64,000 nucleotides of DNA from Patescibacteria group bacterium (GCA_041665545.1 JBAYIQ010000002.1:2369-66368), one strand, 5' to 3'. Positions 10,114 through 19,953 are shown, counted from the first letter of the stretch. Numbers and translations: made by a program. Notes: generated by a model not told the origin, from the sequence alone.

Positions 10114-10236
10114 TTTTGTTCGAGCGAAGTCGAGAACTAATATTTTATAAACTTCTCGACTCCCCCTTCGGTGTCGCTCGAAGAAATAAGCTTTTGTTCG
10201 AGTAAGGTTATGCGAATCATAACCGCATCGAGAACT
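10114..10236. repeat. GIY-YIG-associated nested hairpin repeats (5' flank unit 10114-10190 plus partial unit 10192-10236)
   Basis: Outer stem TTCGAGCG/CGCTCGAA and inner stem GTCGAGAA/TTCTCGAC. It is the reverse complement of the repeat upstream of the pseudogene copy (28453-28536). Confidence 0.65.
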
Positions 10237-10244
10237 AACAAATC

Positions 10245-10682
10245 TTACAAATCCACGCAATACAGCAACGCTTCTTTCAGGATCCGACAACGGCCACCTT
10301 TGAACTTATTCACACCCCAAGCTGGCCAAGAATTATTCACCGAAAAATCTAGCTGATAATCATCATTCTGAATAGCCAAAGTAGTGTCCTCTGGCCAGAC
10401 AACATTATTAACATAAAATATCTGCGAACCACTTTCATTGACTCCTTGATCAGAAATATACTTAAGCTTATCAATAGTGATTTTGTCAATCTCCGGATAA
10501 GAACGATAAAGAGAATAATATTTTTCCAAAGCCCCGACTAGCAGTCTGGCATTGACTGCTGTCTGCACATCACGACTGCGACTATTGTTGTAATTAGTAA
10601 CTAGTACAATACCAATAATAGCCAAGACCATCAGCCCAATAAAAATTGCTTTAGTTTTTAAACTATATCTATCTAGTATCAT
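10245..10682 (-). CDS. hypothetical membrane-anchored protein, possibly degenerate pilin-like
   Basis: 145 aa with an N-terminal TM helix followed by SRSRDVQTAVNARLLVGALEKYY, which resembles the post-helix region of type IV pilins. There is no canonical G-F-T-L-I-E site. Confidence 0.35.
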   Translation of the reverse strand: MILDRYSLKTKAIFIGLMVLAIIGIVLVTNYNNSRSRDVQTAVNARLLVGALEKYYSLYRSYPEIDKITIDKLKYISDQGVNESGSQIFYVNNVVWPEDTTLAIQNDDYQLDFSVNNSWPAWGVNKFKGGRCRILKEALLYCVDL

Positions 10683-10733
10683 ATTTCTAAATTATTCGAC
10701 CCAGCGTGTCGGCCCGACCTCGCGGGTCTATCC

Positions 10734-11138
10734 TCATATGTCAGTTTTAGTACAGCCATCCTGAGTACAAGTCACAGTCGCAATATCAGTAATAGCACTA
10801 AAAGAAAAACTATTGGCCCCCTGATCACTGTCACAAAGGCCTTCGTCTACACCCATGGGGACGCGTGGCCACTCACTGTCAGAGCCATTACACAAAAGAT
10901 CTTCCTCTTGCCAAACTCGCGTGCCGTCACAAGCCACACCAGTACTATCTCTCAAATCCTGTTGAGCATCCTGACACAAAACAGCGGCCGAAATAAGACC
11001 AGACAAGGCCTTCTCAGCAGCCGCCACGCGCGCCAGCTTCCTGGCTCTATCCATACGCACCACTTGATAAGCCCCTAAGATACCAATAATGGCTATAACT
11101 ACCAATATTTCTATTAAACCAAAACCTTTTCTCTGCAT
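10734..11138 (-). CDS. type IV major pilin (PilA-like), paralog 2
   Basis: Start refined to the ATG at 11138: MQRKG|FGLIEILVVIAIIGILG. It shares an LCQD motif and a Cys pair with the neighbouring pilin. Confidence 0.8.
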   Translation of the reverse strand: MQRKGFGLIEILVVIAIIGILGAYQVVRMDRARKLARVAAAEKALSGLISAAVLCQDAQQDLRDSTGVACDGTRVWQEEDLLCNGSDSEWPRVPMGVDEGLCDSDQGANSFSFSAITDIATVTCTQDGCTKTDI

Positions 11139-11224
11139 ATAATATATTATACCATAATATTTGGAGTAACAAAAAACCCTACGCGAAATAGCGAGGGAAT
11201 TTTGTTTTTGAACTATAATAAATG

Positions 11225-11647
11225 CTACGAACAATAAGTAGCAGTTTGATTGGTAGCAGAAACACAACCATTTTGATTACATGTTATGCTCTCCCATGAA
11301 CCAGGTGTACCTGATTCTAAACCAATCTCCCATGTGCCATTTTGCGGATCCGCCTCAATGACGCAAGGTGTATAACCAGTTGGTGCTGTTGGCCATAATT
11401 GACCAATGGCATTACCAGCCGCTAATCCACAAATATCTGCAGTAACAAGATAAGGATTTAATACAGCAGTGGTGTCTTTATCTTGACACAAAACAATAGC
11501 GCCAGAAAGACTGGAACCCCAAGCTTTGGCAGCGGCTACTTTGGCTTTGTTTCTAGCTTGGTTCAAGTTAACAACGGCCACGACTGACAAAATACCGATA
11601 ATGGCAATAACCACTAACAACTCAATTAAAGTAAAACCTTTTTTCAT
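11225..11647 (-). CDS. type IV major pilin (PilA-like), paralog 1
   Basis: Start refined to the ATG at 11647, preceded by a GGAGGTG RBS: MKKG|FTLIELLVVIAIIGILSVVAVVNLNQARNKAKVAAAKA. Confidence 0.85.
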   Translation of the reverse strand: MKKGFTLIELLVVIAIIGILSVVAVVNLNQARNKAKVAAAKAWGSSLSGAIVLCQDKDTTAVLNPYLVTADICGLAAGNAIGQLWPTAPTGYTPCVIEADPQNGTWEIGLESGTPGSWESITCNQNGCVSATNQTATYCS

Positions 11648-11760
11648 TGTTGTTTCACCTCCCTTCAAATACCCAAGGCAATAATCTATAGCTTGAGATC
11701 CCCAAAGCTCTAAATAAATCCTTGGTTTTTTTAATTATTAAATTAATAAATACTTCTTAT

Positions 11761-11769
11761 ATTATATCA
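11761..11769 (-). promoter_or_regulatory. candidate extended -10 promoter element (TGATATAAT on minus strand) upstream of the major pilin gene
   Basis: The reverse complement of 11761-11769 reads TGATATAAT. A ~110-nt leader with a CCAAGG...CCTTGG palindrome precedes the RBS. Confidence 0.3.
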
Positions 11770-11793
11770 CAAAATAAGCCGAGCAACAATTTG

Positions 11794-13002
11794 CTAATCA
11801 ATATTTTGGGCTACTTTGTACATAGGCAACATAATAGCCGCTACTATACCACCCACACCCACACCCATCAGTATCAAAATTAGTGGCTCAATCAAAGTGG
11901 TCATATTGGCTACCATAGTATTGATTTCTCGACTATAAAAATCACTTAAGCGCTCCAAAATAGTGTCAATGCGACCGGTCTTTTCACCCACAATCATCAT
12001 CTGGGAAAGCATTTTGGGTACAAGGGGAGACTTGGCAAACAAAGTAGAAATAGAATTACCGGCCTCTACCTCAGCCACGGTCTTCATAATCAAATCAGCG
12101 TAAGCTTTGTTGTCCACCACCTCAGCCGTAATACGCAAGGCCATAGAAATCGGCACTCCGCCTTTGATCAGCGTATGCAAGCTCCTCGTAAAACGCACTA
12201 AATATATTTTCTTAAACAGTCCACCAAAGATGGGAATTTTGATCTTGATAGAGTCCCACATATTTTTACCACTTTGGCTCTTGGTCCAATACACAAAAAT
12301 AAAAGCTAATATTAATAATATAAAAAGAATATAATACCAAGAGCTGACCATAAAATCAGAAATAGCAATCAGCCAATTGGTGATAGCTGGCAATTCGGCG
12401 CCGCTTTCTTTGAGCATGGGCGTCAATTTGGGCAAAATATAGACCATCATCAAGACACTGACCCCAACCAAACCCACCAGAATCACCACTGGATAAATCA
12501 TGGCGCCTTTGATGCGAGCCACCAGATCATAATCTTTTTCCATTTGGTCGGCTAGGTACTCCAAGACCTCCTCCAGACGGCCAGAAGTCTCACCGCTTTT
12601 TATCATGGCCACAAAAAAATTGCTGAATATCTTGCTGTGCTTACTCATGGCATCAGATAGCTTCATGCCACCATCCACATCATTGGCAATTTCTATTATC
12701 TTGTCGGTGAACACTGGGTTACTAGTCTGCTGGGACAAAATACGCAAGGCCTGCACAATCGGAATAGTAGCGCTGATCATCACCGCCAACTGCCGAGAAA
12801 ATATCACCAAATCTTTTTGGTTGACTCCGCCGAGATTGATATTGATGCCTTTGAAATTCTTTTTCTTGCCCGCCACCAGTGACAAGACAATCAAACCGCG
12901 CTCACCCAAAAGCTCGGCGGCCTCGTTTTCTCCGGGCGCCTCTACGATGCCCGACAGTGACTCGCCATCCATGCTCCTAGCTCTGTATTTATAAGTGGCC
13001 AT
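11794..13002 (-). CDS. pilC: type IV pilus assembly platform protein (GspF family)
   Basis: 402 aa with two T2SS-F-like domains and polytopic membrane topology; operon position between pilT and the pilins. Confidence 0.88.
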   Translation of the reverse strand: MATYKYRARSMDGESLSGIVEAPGENEAAELLGERGLIVLSLVAGKKKNFKGININLGGVNQKDLVIFSRQLAVMISATIPIVQALRILSQQTSNPVFTDKIIEIANDVDGGMKLSDAMSKHSKIFSNFFVAMIKSGETSGRLEEVLEYLADQMEKDYDLVARIKGAMIYPVVILVGLVGVSVLMMVYILPKLTPMLKESGAELPAITNWLIAISDFMVSSWYYILFILLILAFIFVYWTKSQSGKNMWDSIKIKIPIFGGLFKKIYLVRFTRSLHTLIKGGVPISMALRITAEVVDNKAYADLIMKTVAEVEAGNSISTLFAKSPLVPKMLSQMMIVGEKTGRIDTILERLSDFYSREINTMVANMTTLIEPLILILMGVGVGGIVAAIMLPMYKVAQNID

Positions 13003-13004
13003 AA

Positions 13005-14072
13005 TTATTGTTTGAAATTCTGCTTAAATACTTGCGGGTTTCCTGCTACCTTCATAGCATCTTCAGGGTTGACCTCTCCGGCTTTGACTAGGTCAGACAG
13101 TGATTTGTCAAAATAGACCATACCCTCTTCCCGCGAAGTCTGCATGATGCTATTGAGTTGATAAAGATGATTATCCTTAATACTGGATCTGACGGCTGGG
13201 GTGTTGGTCAGCACTTCGCAAGCCAATCGTAAGCCCCCGCCCACTCGAGGCAATAGTCGCTGGCCAATAGCTACCAACAATACTTCGGCTAGCAGATTCT
13301 GACCCCAAGCTTTTTTGTCCGGCCCCAAGTTGCTGATAAAGCGGTCTAGACTGGAGATGATAGACTCGGTTTCCATGACTATAATGACTAATTTTCCGCT
13401 TTCGACTAGCTCGAGCGCCGACTCTTCCAAACCATCTTCTACCATACCACCGATAAATACCACATCAACATCCTCTTCTTTTATGGCCTCTAGGCCTTTG
13501 AGGTAGCTGGGCGTGTCGCGGCCGACTTGGCGCTGTTCGATGATTGATTGGTTGTTGACAAACAAATATTCAATGGGATTTTCCAATATTTGGATATGGA
13601 GGCCGCGATTGTGATTGAGAGTTTCTATTAAAGAAGCCGCGGTAGTGGTGCGTCCACTGCCAAATGGTCCAGTGATGATGATTAGGCCGGAATTTTTGGT
13701 CAATGCCTGTGTCACTGCTTGGGGTATGCCCAAATCTTTGGGTGACATAATAAAAGGCGGTATCATCCGAAAAGACAGGGCCAAAAATCCTTTTTGATAA
13801 AAAACTTTGGCTCGGTATCTGGCGCGCTCATTCCAAGTATAGACAGTGACCACTTCCCGCTCCTTGGTCAGTCGCTCTAATTCGTCTTTGCTCAAAAATG
13901 ACTCCGCCAAACCATTGATAATATCTGGTGTCATCACCTGCTCTTCACTAACTGTTGATAATTTGCCATCTATCCGCAAAACTGGATTATTGCCAGCCAC
14001 AAGATGCACATCAGTCGCCTTGCGCTCTGAAGCAATGTTTAATATTTTATTGATTAACAAGGTGTCAGTCAT
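13005..14072 (-). CDS. PilT-like retraction ATPase homolog with degenerate catalytic motifs (probable pseudo-ATPase)
   Basis: 355 aa and alignable to PilT along its length, but Walker A is GPFGSGRTT (K->R), the Asp box is LENPIE (D->N), Walker B is FIGGMVED (catalytic E->G), and the His box is GKLVIIVMET (both His lost). Confidence 0.8.
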   Translation of the reverse strand: MTDTLLINKILNIASERKATDVHLVAGNNPVLRIDGKLSTVSEEQVMTPDIINGLAESFLSKDELERLTKEREVVTVYTWNERARYRAKVFYQKGFLALSFRMIPPFIMSPKDLGIPQAVTQALTKNSGLIIITGPFGSGRTTTAASLIETLNHNRGLHIQILENPIEYLFVNNQSIIEQRQVGRDTPSYLKGLEAIKEEDVDVVFIGGMVEDGLEESALELVESGKLVIIVMETESIISSLDRFISNLGPDKKAWGQNLLAEVLLVAIGQRLLPRVGGGLRLACEVLTNTPAVRSSIKDNHLYQLNSIMQTSREEGMVYFDKSLSDLVKAGEVNPEDAMKVAGNPQVFKQNFKQ

Positions 14073-14078
14073 GCTTTA

Positions 14079-14453
14079 TTATTTGTCTAAAATCTTTTTT
14101 ATTTTACCTACTACCTCTGATGGCACAAAATGGGCCTTGATTAGATAATCAGCGGCTCCCAAAGCAAAACATTGATCAATGTGCTCTTTTTCAGAATAAT
14201 TAGTCAGCACAATGACTGGTATCTTACTAGTTTCTTGGCTGGCTTTGATGTTTTTTAACACTTCAAAACCATCCATTTCTGGCAATTTCAAATCCAGCAG
14301 AACCAAATCAGGCAAATCTTTGGCAATCATTTTTAAAGCTTGCACGCCAGTGGTGGCCTGTATGACTTTATAATTTTCCAAATTTAGTTTGGTGGCATAC
14401 ATAGATAATAAAAATCCATCATCCTCTACCACCAGTATCATTTTTTGTTCCAT
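14079..14453 (-). CDS. single-domain response regulator receiver (CheY/PilH-like)
   Basis: 124 aa; MILVVEDDGFL...DLVLLDLKLPEMDG with conserved acidic pocket and phospho-acceptor Asp. It sits inside the pilus operon. Confidence 0.8.
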   Translation of the reverse strand: MEQKMILVVEDDGFLLSMYATKLNLENYKVIQATTGVQALKMIAKDLPDLVLLDLKLPEMDGFEVLKNIKASQETSKIPVIVLTNYSEKEHIDQCFALGAADYLIKAHFVPSEVVGKIKKILDK

Positions 14454-14468
14454 AAAAATTTCTTAATA

Positions 14469-16205
14469 TTAAGATTTGCTGACCCTCATTACTTCTTCCA
14501 AGGTAGTCCAACCCAAAGCAACTTTTATCAAGCCATCTTGCTCCATGGTGATAAAATGCTGTTTTTGTAACTCCGCTTCGGCTTGACGCCTATCAAAGCC
14601 CTTGGCTACTATTTCTTGAAGCTCACGATCAATACTCATGGCCTCGACTATTGATAAACGGCCTTTGTAGCCAGTCTGGCTACAGTTGGGACAGCCCACG
14701 GCTTTATAAAATTTTATATTTTCCACCTTGAAACCACTATAATAAGCTTCCTTGGGTATGGTAGCTAGCTTGCTCTGCACCTGTGCGCTAAGATCGGCTG
14801 GCAACTGACTTTCTACCTTGCAACTATTACACAATTTCCTGACCAAGCGTTGAGCCACGACGGCGTTTAAAGTATTAGCCAGCAAAAATGGCTCCACTTT
14901 CATATCAAACAAACGGGGTATAGCACCCATGCAGTCATTGGTGTGCAAAGTGGTTAAGACTGAGTGTCCAGTCAAACCAGCATGAATGGCTAACTCAGCT
15001 GTTTCATTGTCGCGAATTTCTCCCACCATGATAATATCAGGATCTTGCCTCAAGAGTGAACGCAAACCAGTGGCAAAAGTAAAATTAACCTCGGGCTTGA
15101 TCTGGGCCTGATTGACTCCGGGAATATAGTACTCCACTGGATCTTCCAAGGTAGCAATATTTATATCTTCTTTATTTAAAAAACTCAAAGCCGCATAAAG
15201 AGTGGTTGATTTACCGCTACCGGTAGGCCCTGTCACTAGAAATAGCCCGTGGGGCTCATTGATGCTTTCCATGACAATCTTGGCCTGCAAACCAAAAAAT
15301 CCTAAGTCAGCAAAAGTCGGCGCTTTATCAGGAGTTTCCAAAAGCCGCATAACTACTTTTTCTTGACCCATCAAGGGCAAAGTAGAAACGCGAATATCAA
15401 TTTCTTTGTTGTGGACATTGATGCGAATACGACCATCTTGCGGTATGCGAGTTTCATCAATTTTCAAGTTGGCCATGACTTTGATTCTGGATATCAAGGC
15501 GGCGTGCACATAAATAGGCAAGACAATGGTCGTGTGCAAAATACCGTCAATTCTATATCTAACTCGACTTTGTTTGTTCACTGGCTCAATATGAATATCC
15601 GAAGCGCGCCCTTCAATAGCGTGCCTCAGCACCACCGAAACAATTTTGGAAACTGGAGCGCTTTTGACTACCTCAGATACATCGGTCTGAGCGCCGGTCT
15701 CAACATCCATGGTACCAAATATCTCTTCGGCTGTACCCAGGGCCTCGCCTACTTCATGCCCCAAGGTCTCATATTGCTTGATAGCGCTACGATAGCTGTC
15801 CTGGGAGATGATATAGTACTTGACGCCATATTGTCGCTTGCGAGCCAAAAAATTAAGGGCTTCAACCGCTTTAAGGTCAGTGGGGTCTACTAGGCCGGCT
15901 GATAGATTATCCCCTTCCCGACCAAAAACTACCATATGATAATTATCAGCTAAATCTTGAGGAAAAATATTTAATATTTCACTGGAAATGACTACGCCCA
16001 TCAAAGAACGATATTCCAAACCATAGAAAATACCCTTGGCCTGCGTCCAATCCTCTTCCGATAAAATAACCATCTGCCTGATGGCATTTTCCATATCAGT
16101 AAAAGAAGCGAATTGTTGGTTAGACAATTCGTTGCGTTGAATATCGGTAATATATTGATGGCTAGCCAGCCAGGCCAGTAATTTGTCTGTTTCTTTTTTT
16201 ATCAT
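14469..16205 (-). CDS. pilB: type IV pilus assembly ATPase (GspE family)
   Basis: 578 aa with intact Walker A (GPTGSGKST), Asp box (LEDPVEY), Walker B (MVGEIRD) and His box (GHSVLTTLHTND), plus a tetracysteine CNSC...CPNC. Confidence 0.9.
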   Translation of the reverse strand: MIKKETDKLLAWLASHQYITDIQRNELSNQQFASFTDMENAIRQMVILSEEDWTQAKGIFYGLEYRSLMGVVISSEILNIFPQDLADNYHMVVFGREGDNLSAGLVDPTDLKAVEALNFLARKRQYGVKYYIISQDSYRSAIKQYETLGHEVGEALGTAEEIFGTMDVETGAQTDVSEVVKSAPVSKIVSVVLRHAIEGRASDIHIEPVNKQSRVRYRIDGILHTTIVLPIYVHAALISRIKVMANLKIDETRIPQDGRIRINVHNKEIDIRVSTLPLMGQEKVVMRLLETPDKAPTFADLGFFGLQAKIVMESINEPHGLFLVTGPTGSGKSTTLYAALSFLNKEDINIATLEDPVEYYIPGVNQAQIKPEVNFTFATGLRSLLRQDPDIIMVGEIRDNETAELAIHAGLTGHSVLTTLHTNDCMGAIPRLFDMKVEPFLLANTLNAVVAQRLVRKLCNSCKVESQLPADLSAQVQSKLATIPKEAYYSGFKVENIKFYKAVGCPNCSQTGYKGRLSIVEAMSIDRELQEIVAKGFDRRQAEAELQKQHFITMEQDGLIKVALGWTTLEEVMRVSKS

Positions 16206-16549
16206 GGATTGACCTCAACTTTTGGTTTGTTAAATGGCTCAGGATTCCCCACGCCCTCTTCTATATTTATATTGACACTAAAACCCTGCAATTGCTTGTA
16301 TTGCTCACTATTAAATAAATCGTCCAAACTATTACTACGCACAAAATTTTTATAATTTTCCTCGGTCAAAATCCGCTCTCGCTGAGCATCAACTTTTTGT
16401 TGATTGATTGGCTTGATTTGTCCCATTATTTTCCCCCAAACTTCTATCACTGATATATTTTTTTGCTGTAAATATATAAAGCCGCCAGCCAGAACAATGA
16501 CTAGACCCAAAGTAATTAATTCCCAAGATAATCTTTTTTTACTTTCCAT
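16202..16549 (-). CDS. small membrane-anchored protein (PilP-like position)
   Basis: 115 aa with an N-terminal TM helix; assignment rests on operon position after the pilO-like gene only. Confidence 0.35.
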   Translation of the reverse strand: MESKKRLSWELITLGLVIVLAGGFIYLQQKNISVIEVWGKIMGQIKPINQQKVDAQRERILTEENYKNFVRSNSLDDLFNSEQYKQLQGFSVNINIEEGVGNPEPFNKPKVEVNP

Positions 16550-16552
16550 ATT

Positions 16553-17284
16553 TTATCGATAATATGTCTGGACTGAAAATTGAAATTGCGGTGGAGTTTT
16601 TGAATCTTCCTGCAAAGAAGCAAAATTTACTGTTTGGATATCAGTCAAGCGTAAATTTTTCTCCAAGGCATCCAAAAATTCTTTGAATGACTCATAATAT
16701 GTTTTGTTTTGGCCACCATTGGCTTCTTCCATAGTTACTTCACCATCTGTAGCTTGAGGGCTTATTTTGAAGGCCACCACCAAAGTCTTCAGTGCTATAA
16801 TATTTTTACTTTTCGTGGTGGTGGCAACTTGAGTAGTAGTATTACCATCTTCATCGCTGACTACTACTTGGGGACTAGACTTTTTTTTGTCCTCGCCGTC
16901 AGTGATACTAATATCCAAAAGTTGGAAGCCATATTCCAAGGCCAATCTATCACTCAAAACAAAAAGCTCAGCAATTTGCGGATTGTTGGGTACAATTTCT
17001 TTCAAGCGCTCTAAATCAGCCTGACGATTACTCATAATACCTTCATAAGTAGTCTTCAGGGTCTCTAGATTTTTTAATAATTGCTGACTTTTATCTTTAT
17101 CTACCGAGGTCTGCAGAGCACCCTCGCGTAAAGTATCATTGCTTTTTATTTTTTGTTGAATAAGTATATAGTAACCGCCCAATAGCAAAACTCCCACTAA
17201 AATCGCAGTAATAATAATCCAAAAACGATTGAAGAAAAGCAACAATTGTGAGGGCTGTTCAAATTGTACTTGTTTGTCTGGCAT
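16553..17284 (-). CDS. PilO-like pilus assembly protein
   Basis: 243 aa with an N-terminal TM helix then a coiled-coil region; position after the pilN-like gene. Confidence 0.45.
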   Translation of the reverse strand: MPDKQVQFEQPSQLLLFFNRFWIIITAILVGVLLLGGYYILIQQKIKSNDTLREGALQTSVDKDKSQQLLKNLETLKTTYEGIMSNRQADLERLKEIVPNNPQIAELFVLSDRLALEYGFQLLDISITDGEDKKKSSPQVVVSDEDGNTTTQVATTTKSKNIIALKTLVVAFKISPQATDGEVTMEEANGGQNKTYYESFKEFLDALEKNLRLTDIQTVNFASLQEDSKTPPQFQFSVQTYYR

Positions 17285-17289
17285 AAATA

Positions 17290-18762
17290 TTAGTTTTCTT
17301 GACTATAATAAAATAAGTCTTGATTGAGCGATAAAATAATTTGAAAACTGACCGCACCATCTTTATCTTGTTTGGCACTGGTGATACTGGCCTCCTCCAC
17401 AAATTCTTGAGCTTTTTCAGAATTCAAAACTTTGAGCTGTTTGGCCACACTATCATAGCTATTAGTAGAGGCGTTTAGTGTCAAACCGCCATTAGTACCA
17501 ACTGCCAGGCCCGAATAATAAACATCGCTGACTGTATATTTTTCTAATAAGCTGAAAAAGTGTGTCCAATAAATATGCTTATTTAGGGCATCCTGAACTA
17601 CTCTAATTTCTTGGCCCAGGGTGTTAATATTTTTGTTTAATTCCGAAAAAGTTAATATCTTTTTTTCAATTTCAGATATTTGCTGTTTCTGATTATTTTG
17701 ATTACCTATAATCTTCTGTTGTTCCAACATCAAGTAGCCATAAAGGCCGCCTAATATTGCCAATGACAAGACCAGTCCAAAAGCCAGCAATGAGCCAATT
17801 TGTTTCCAGCTCCTGACTTTGGCGGCAACAGGAATCAAGTCCACTATACCACTAAGCAAAGAATTTTTTTCACCAACTTCCGGCATGTGAAATTTCGGCC
17901 CAGTGGTCAATGGCTTGGGGATGTCGGTGTTGTCTTCTATGGATGCCATTTTCGGTTCTGGCTCTACTGCTTTTGGCGCAATCGGCATGGCAAAATCATT
18001 GACGATTGGCTGGGCTTCAGCTTTTGGTAATTCTGACGTCTGGCTAACTGGCCAGAGTGGAGCGGCACTGACTGGTTGAAGTGGAGCTAAACCCACTTCT
18101 TCACTGACTTTTTTGGTCAGATCAAAATTTGTTTCTGGCTGTGTCGTGACACTTACCTGATCATTTATTTTTTTTGGCTTTAGATCATTGCTGTCAGCGC
18201 TTTCAGCTGACTTATTCAATTCTTGAAGAACCTTGATGCTTGGCTTGGCTTCTGGCTGATGCACACCATTGCCATTGTATTTCAGGCCATTGCTAAGAGC
18301 TGAACTGTCTGATTTTTTGGCTTTTGGCTTTGATTTGAACATGGCCAAAAATCTAGACCAAAAAGACGGACCGTGGGGCTTATTTTCTTTTGACAATTTG
18401 GCTTTTTCCGGCACAAAATCCTGAATATGCTCTTCTATTTTAGCTGACATTTTTTCCGGTACTCGCATATCAATGGAAACAACTTTTGGTTGACTATTGG
18501 TCTTGTCGTCATTATTGTATTTTATACCCTGACCCAAGGCCGAAACAGTCGGCGTGTCTGAAGTGGCTTTTTTGGGCTTTTGATCATGCTTAAATAATTT
18601 TGACCACCAAGAAACTTGCCCACCGCTGAGTTTTGGCTCTTTAAATTTTTCTTTTTTACCAGATATTTTGAAGTCCGGATCAAATTTAAAAATGGGGCGC
18701 TTGGATTTATCCTCTCTAGAGCGTAAATTTTCTGGCATTAGATTAATTTTCTTGTCGTCCAT
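17290..18762 (-). CDS. PilN-like pilus assembly protein with long disordered N-terminal extension
   Basis: 490 aa; a Lys/Pro-rich low-complexity N-terminal half, then a TM helix and a C-terminal PilN-like domain; immediately after pilM. Confidence 0.45.
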   Translation of the reverse strand: MDDKKINLMPENLRSREDKSKRPIFKFDPDFKISGKKEKFKEPKLSGGQVSWWSKLFKHDQKPKKATSDTPTVSALGQGIKYNNDDKTNSQPKVVSIDMRVPEKMSAKIEEHIQDFVPEKAKLSKENKPHGPSFWSRFLAMFKSKPKAKKSDSSALSNGLKYNGNGVHQPEAKPSIKVLQELNKSAESADSNDLKPKKINDQVSVTTQPETNFDLTKKVSEEVGLAPLQPVSAAPLWPVSQTSELPKAEAQPIVNDFAMPIAPKAVEPEPKMASIEDNTDIPKPLTTGPKFHMPEVGEKNSLLSGIVDLIPVAAKVRSWKQIGSLLAFGLVLSLAILGGLYGYLMLEQQKIIGNQNNQKQQISEIEKKILTFSELNKNINTLGQEIRVVQDALNKHIYWTHFFSLLEKYTVSDVYYSGLAVGTNGGLTLNASTNSYDSVAKQLKVLNSEKAQEFVEEASITSAKQDKDGAVSFQIILSLNQDLFYYSQEN

Positions 18763-18772
18763 TTCAAAAAAA

Positions 18773-19873
18773 TTATATATCGCGCATACCTAGGCCAATA
18801 GCCACGGACATGCGTGGACCAATCTCATGCAAAACTGGCTTCAAATCCAAAGGATAAATCACTCTGTCCCAAGGATCACCAATCACCACTGGCAAATTCA
18901 AGATGGTGTTCAAATACTGTGGTAAATTTGGTAAAAAAGCGCTACCACCAGTCAAGACAATCTTATCAATCATGGAATTACCTAGGCGCTGATAACTGTC
19001 AAAAATAAATTTTATTTCATTGATAACTGGTGTCAAAGATTTTTCAATAACCTCTGGAATGTTTTGGGTATTGCCAGCTGACAAACCAAAATCTCGCTTG
19101 AATTGCTCGGCTCGATCTTGGTTGATATTCAAGCTGTTCATAATAGCCTTGGTGATTGACTCACCACCAGTGTCAATACCGCGGTTTAAGACCGGCACTC
19201 CTTCTTCAATAATACAAATATCCGAATTACTGGCGCCAATATCCACTACCATGACCGTGGACAAATCATTGCCAATCAAAGAACGCGACAAGGCAAAGGC
19301 CTCAGTTTCCAAGCTCAATAAATTAAGCTTGGCTTTTCTAAATATATCAATATAGCGGGCTACTAAATTTTTTGGCGCCGCCGTTAATAAAATACGATAA
19401 TTTTTGTCATCATCTTTTTTGGCGGCACTTTGATTTTTTACCAAATCAATACCGGCTACTGGCGTGGCTGTGGCCGCTGATTTTTTCCTCTTACCTAATA
19501 TCTTGTGATCCAAAATCATTTCTTCAATTGGCACGGGAATAAATTTCTTAGCTTCCCACTTGATAGCCGCTTGTAAATCTTTTTTGGGCATGGGTGGCAA
19601 AGTGATAATAAAATTGAACACCGAAAAAGTAGGCAAGGCGGCTACTACCTGCTTGGTTTCCATTTTGGATTTGTGAGCGATCAAATTGATATAATCAGCA
19701 ATAGCTTGGTTATTTTTTTCGGCTGAACCACGCAAAATATTGGCCGCCACCTCAGCGTAACCATAAGTTTTGAGCTTGGCCTGGCCCTTGAAATTTTCCA
19801 GCTCCACCAGCTTGATGCTGGAGGTGCCTATATCAACGCCTAAATAGCTAGTAGTATTAGAAAATAAACCCAT
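18773..19873 (-). CDS. pilM: type IV pilus assembly ATPase-fold protein PilM (actin-like)
   Basis: 366 aa; GVDIGTSSIKLVEL... and ...MVVDIGASNSDICI are actin/FtsA-like phosphate motifs typical of PilM. Confidence 0.85.
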   Translation of the reverse strand: MGLFSNTTSYLGVDIGTSSIKLVELENFKGQAKLKTYGYAEVAANILRGSAEKNNQAIADYINLIAHKSKMETKQVVAALPTFSVFNFIITLPPMPKKDLQAAIKWEAKKFIPVPIEEMILDHKILGKRKKSAATATPVAGIDLVKNQSAAKKDDDKNYRILLTAAPKNLVARYIDIFRKAKLNLLSLETEAFALSRSLIGNDLSTVMVVDIGASNSDICIIEEGVPVLNRGIDTGGESITKAIMNSLNINQDRAEQFKRDFGLSAGNTQNIPEVIEKSLTPVINEIKFIFDSYQRLGNSMIDKIVLTGGSAFLPNLPQYLNTILNLPVVIGDPWDRVIYPLDLKPVLHEIGPRMSVAIGLGMRDI

Positions 19874-19953
19874 AATATTTAAAACAATTTTGTTCCTGCT
19901 TGCTTATCATTCAACTCACATATTATAACACATTTTTTACTCTCCCACCAAAT

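Larger units (their letters stand above)
9689..10236 (-). mobile_element. GIY-YIG nuclease gene flanked by hairpin repeats, inserted between pilD and the pilin genes (putative selfish/homing element)
   Basis: The same repeat family flanks a second GIY-YIG copy and also occurs as a solo copy. The insertion interrupts an otherwise contiguous pilus operon. Confidence 0.5.

Noticed and set aside
12605-12994. Plus-strand ORF 12605-12994 (129 aa, Ser/Pro-rich) within pilC
   Set aside because: It is antisense to the well-supported pilC and its low-complexity translation is typical of a shadow ORF.
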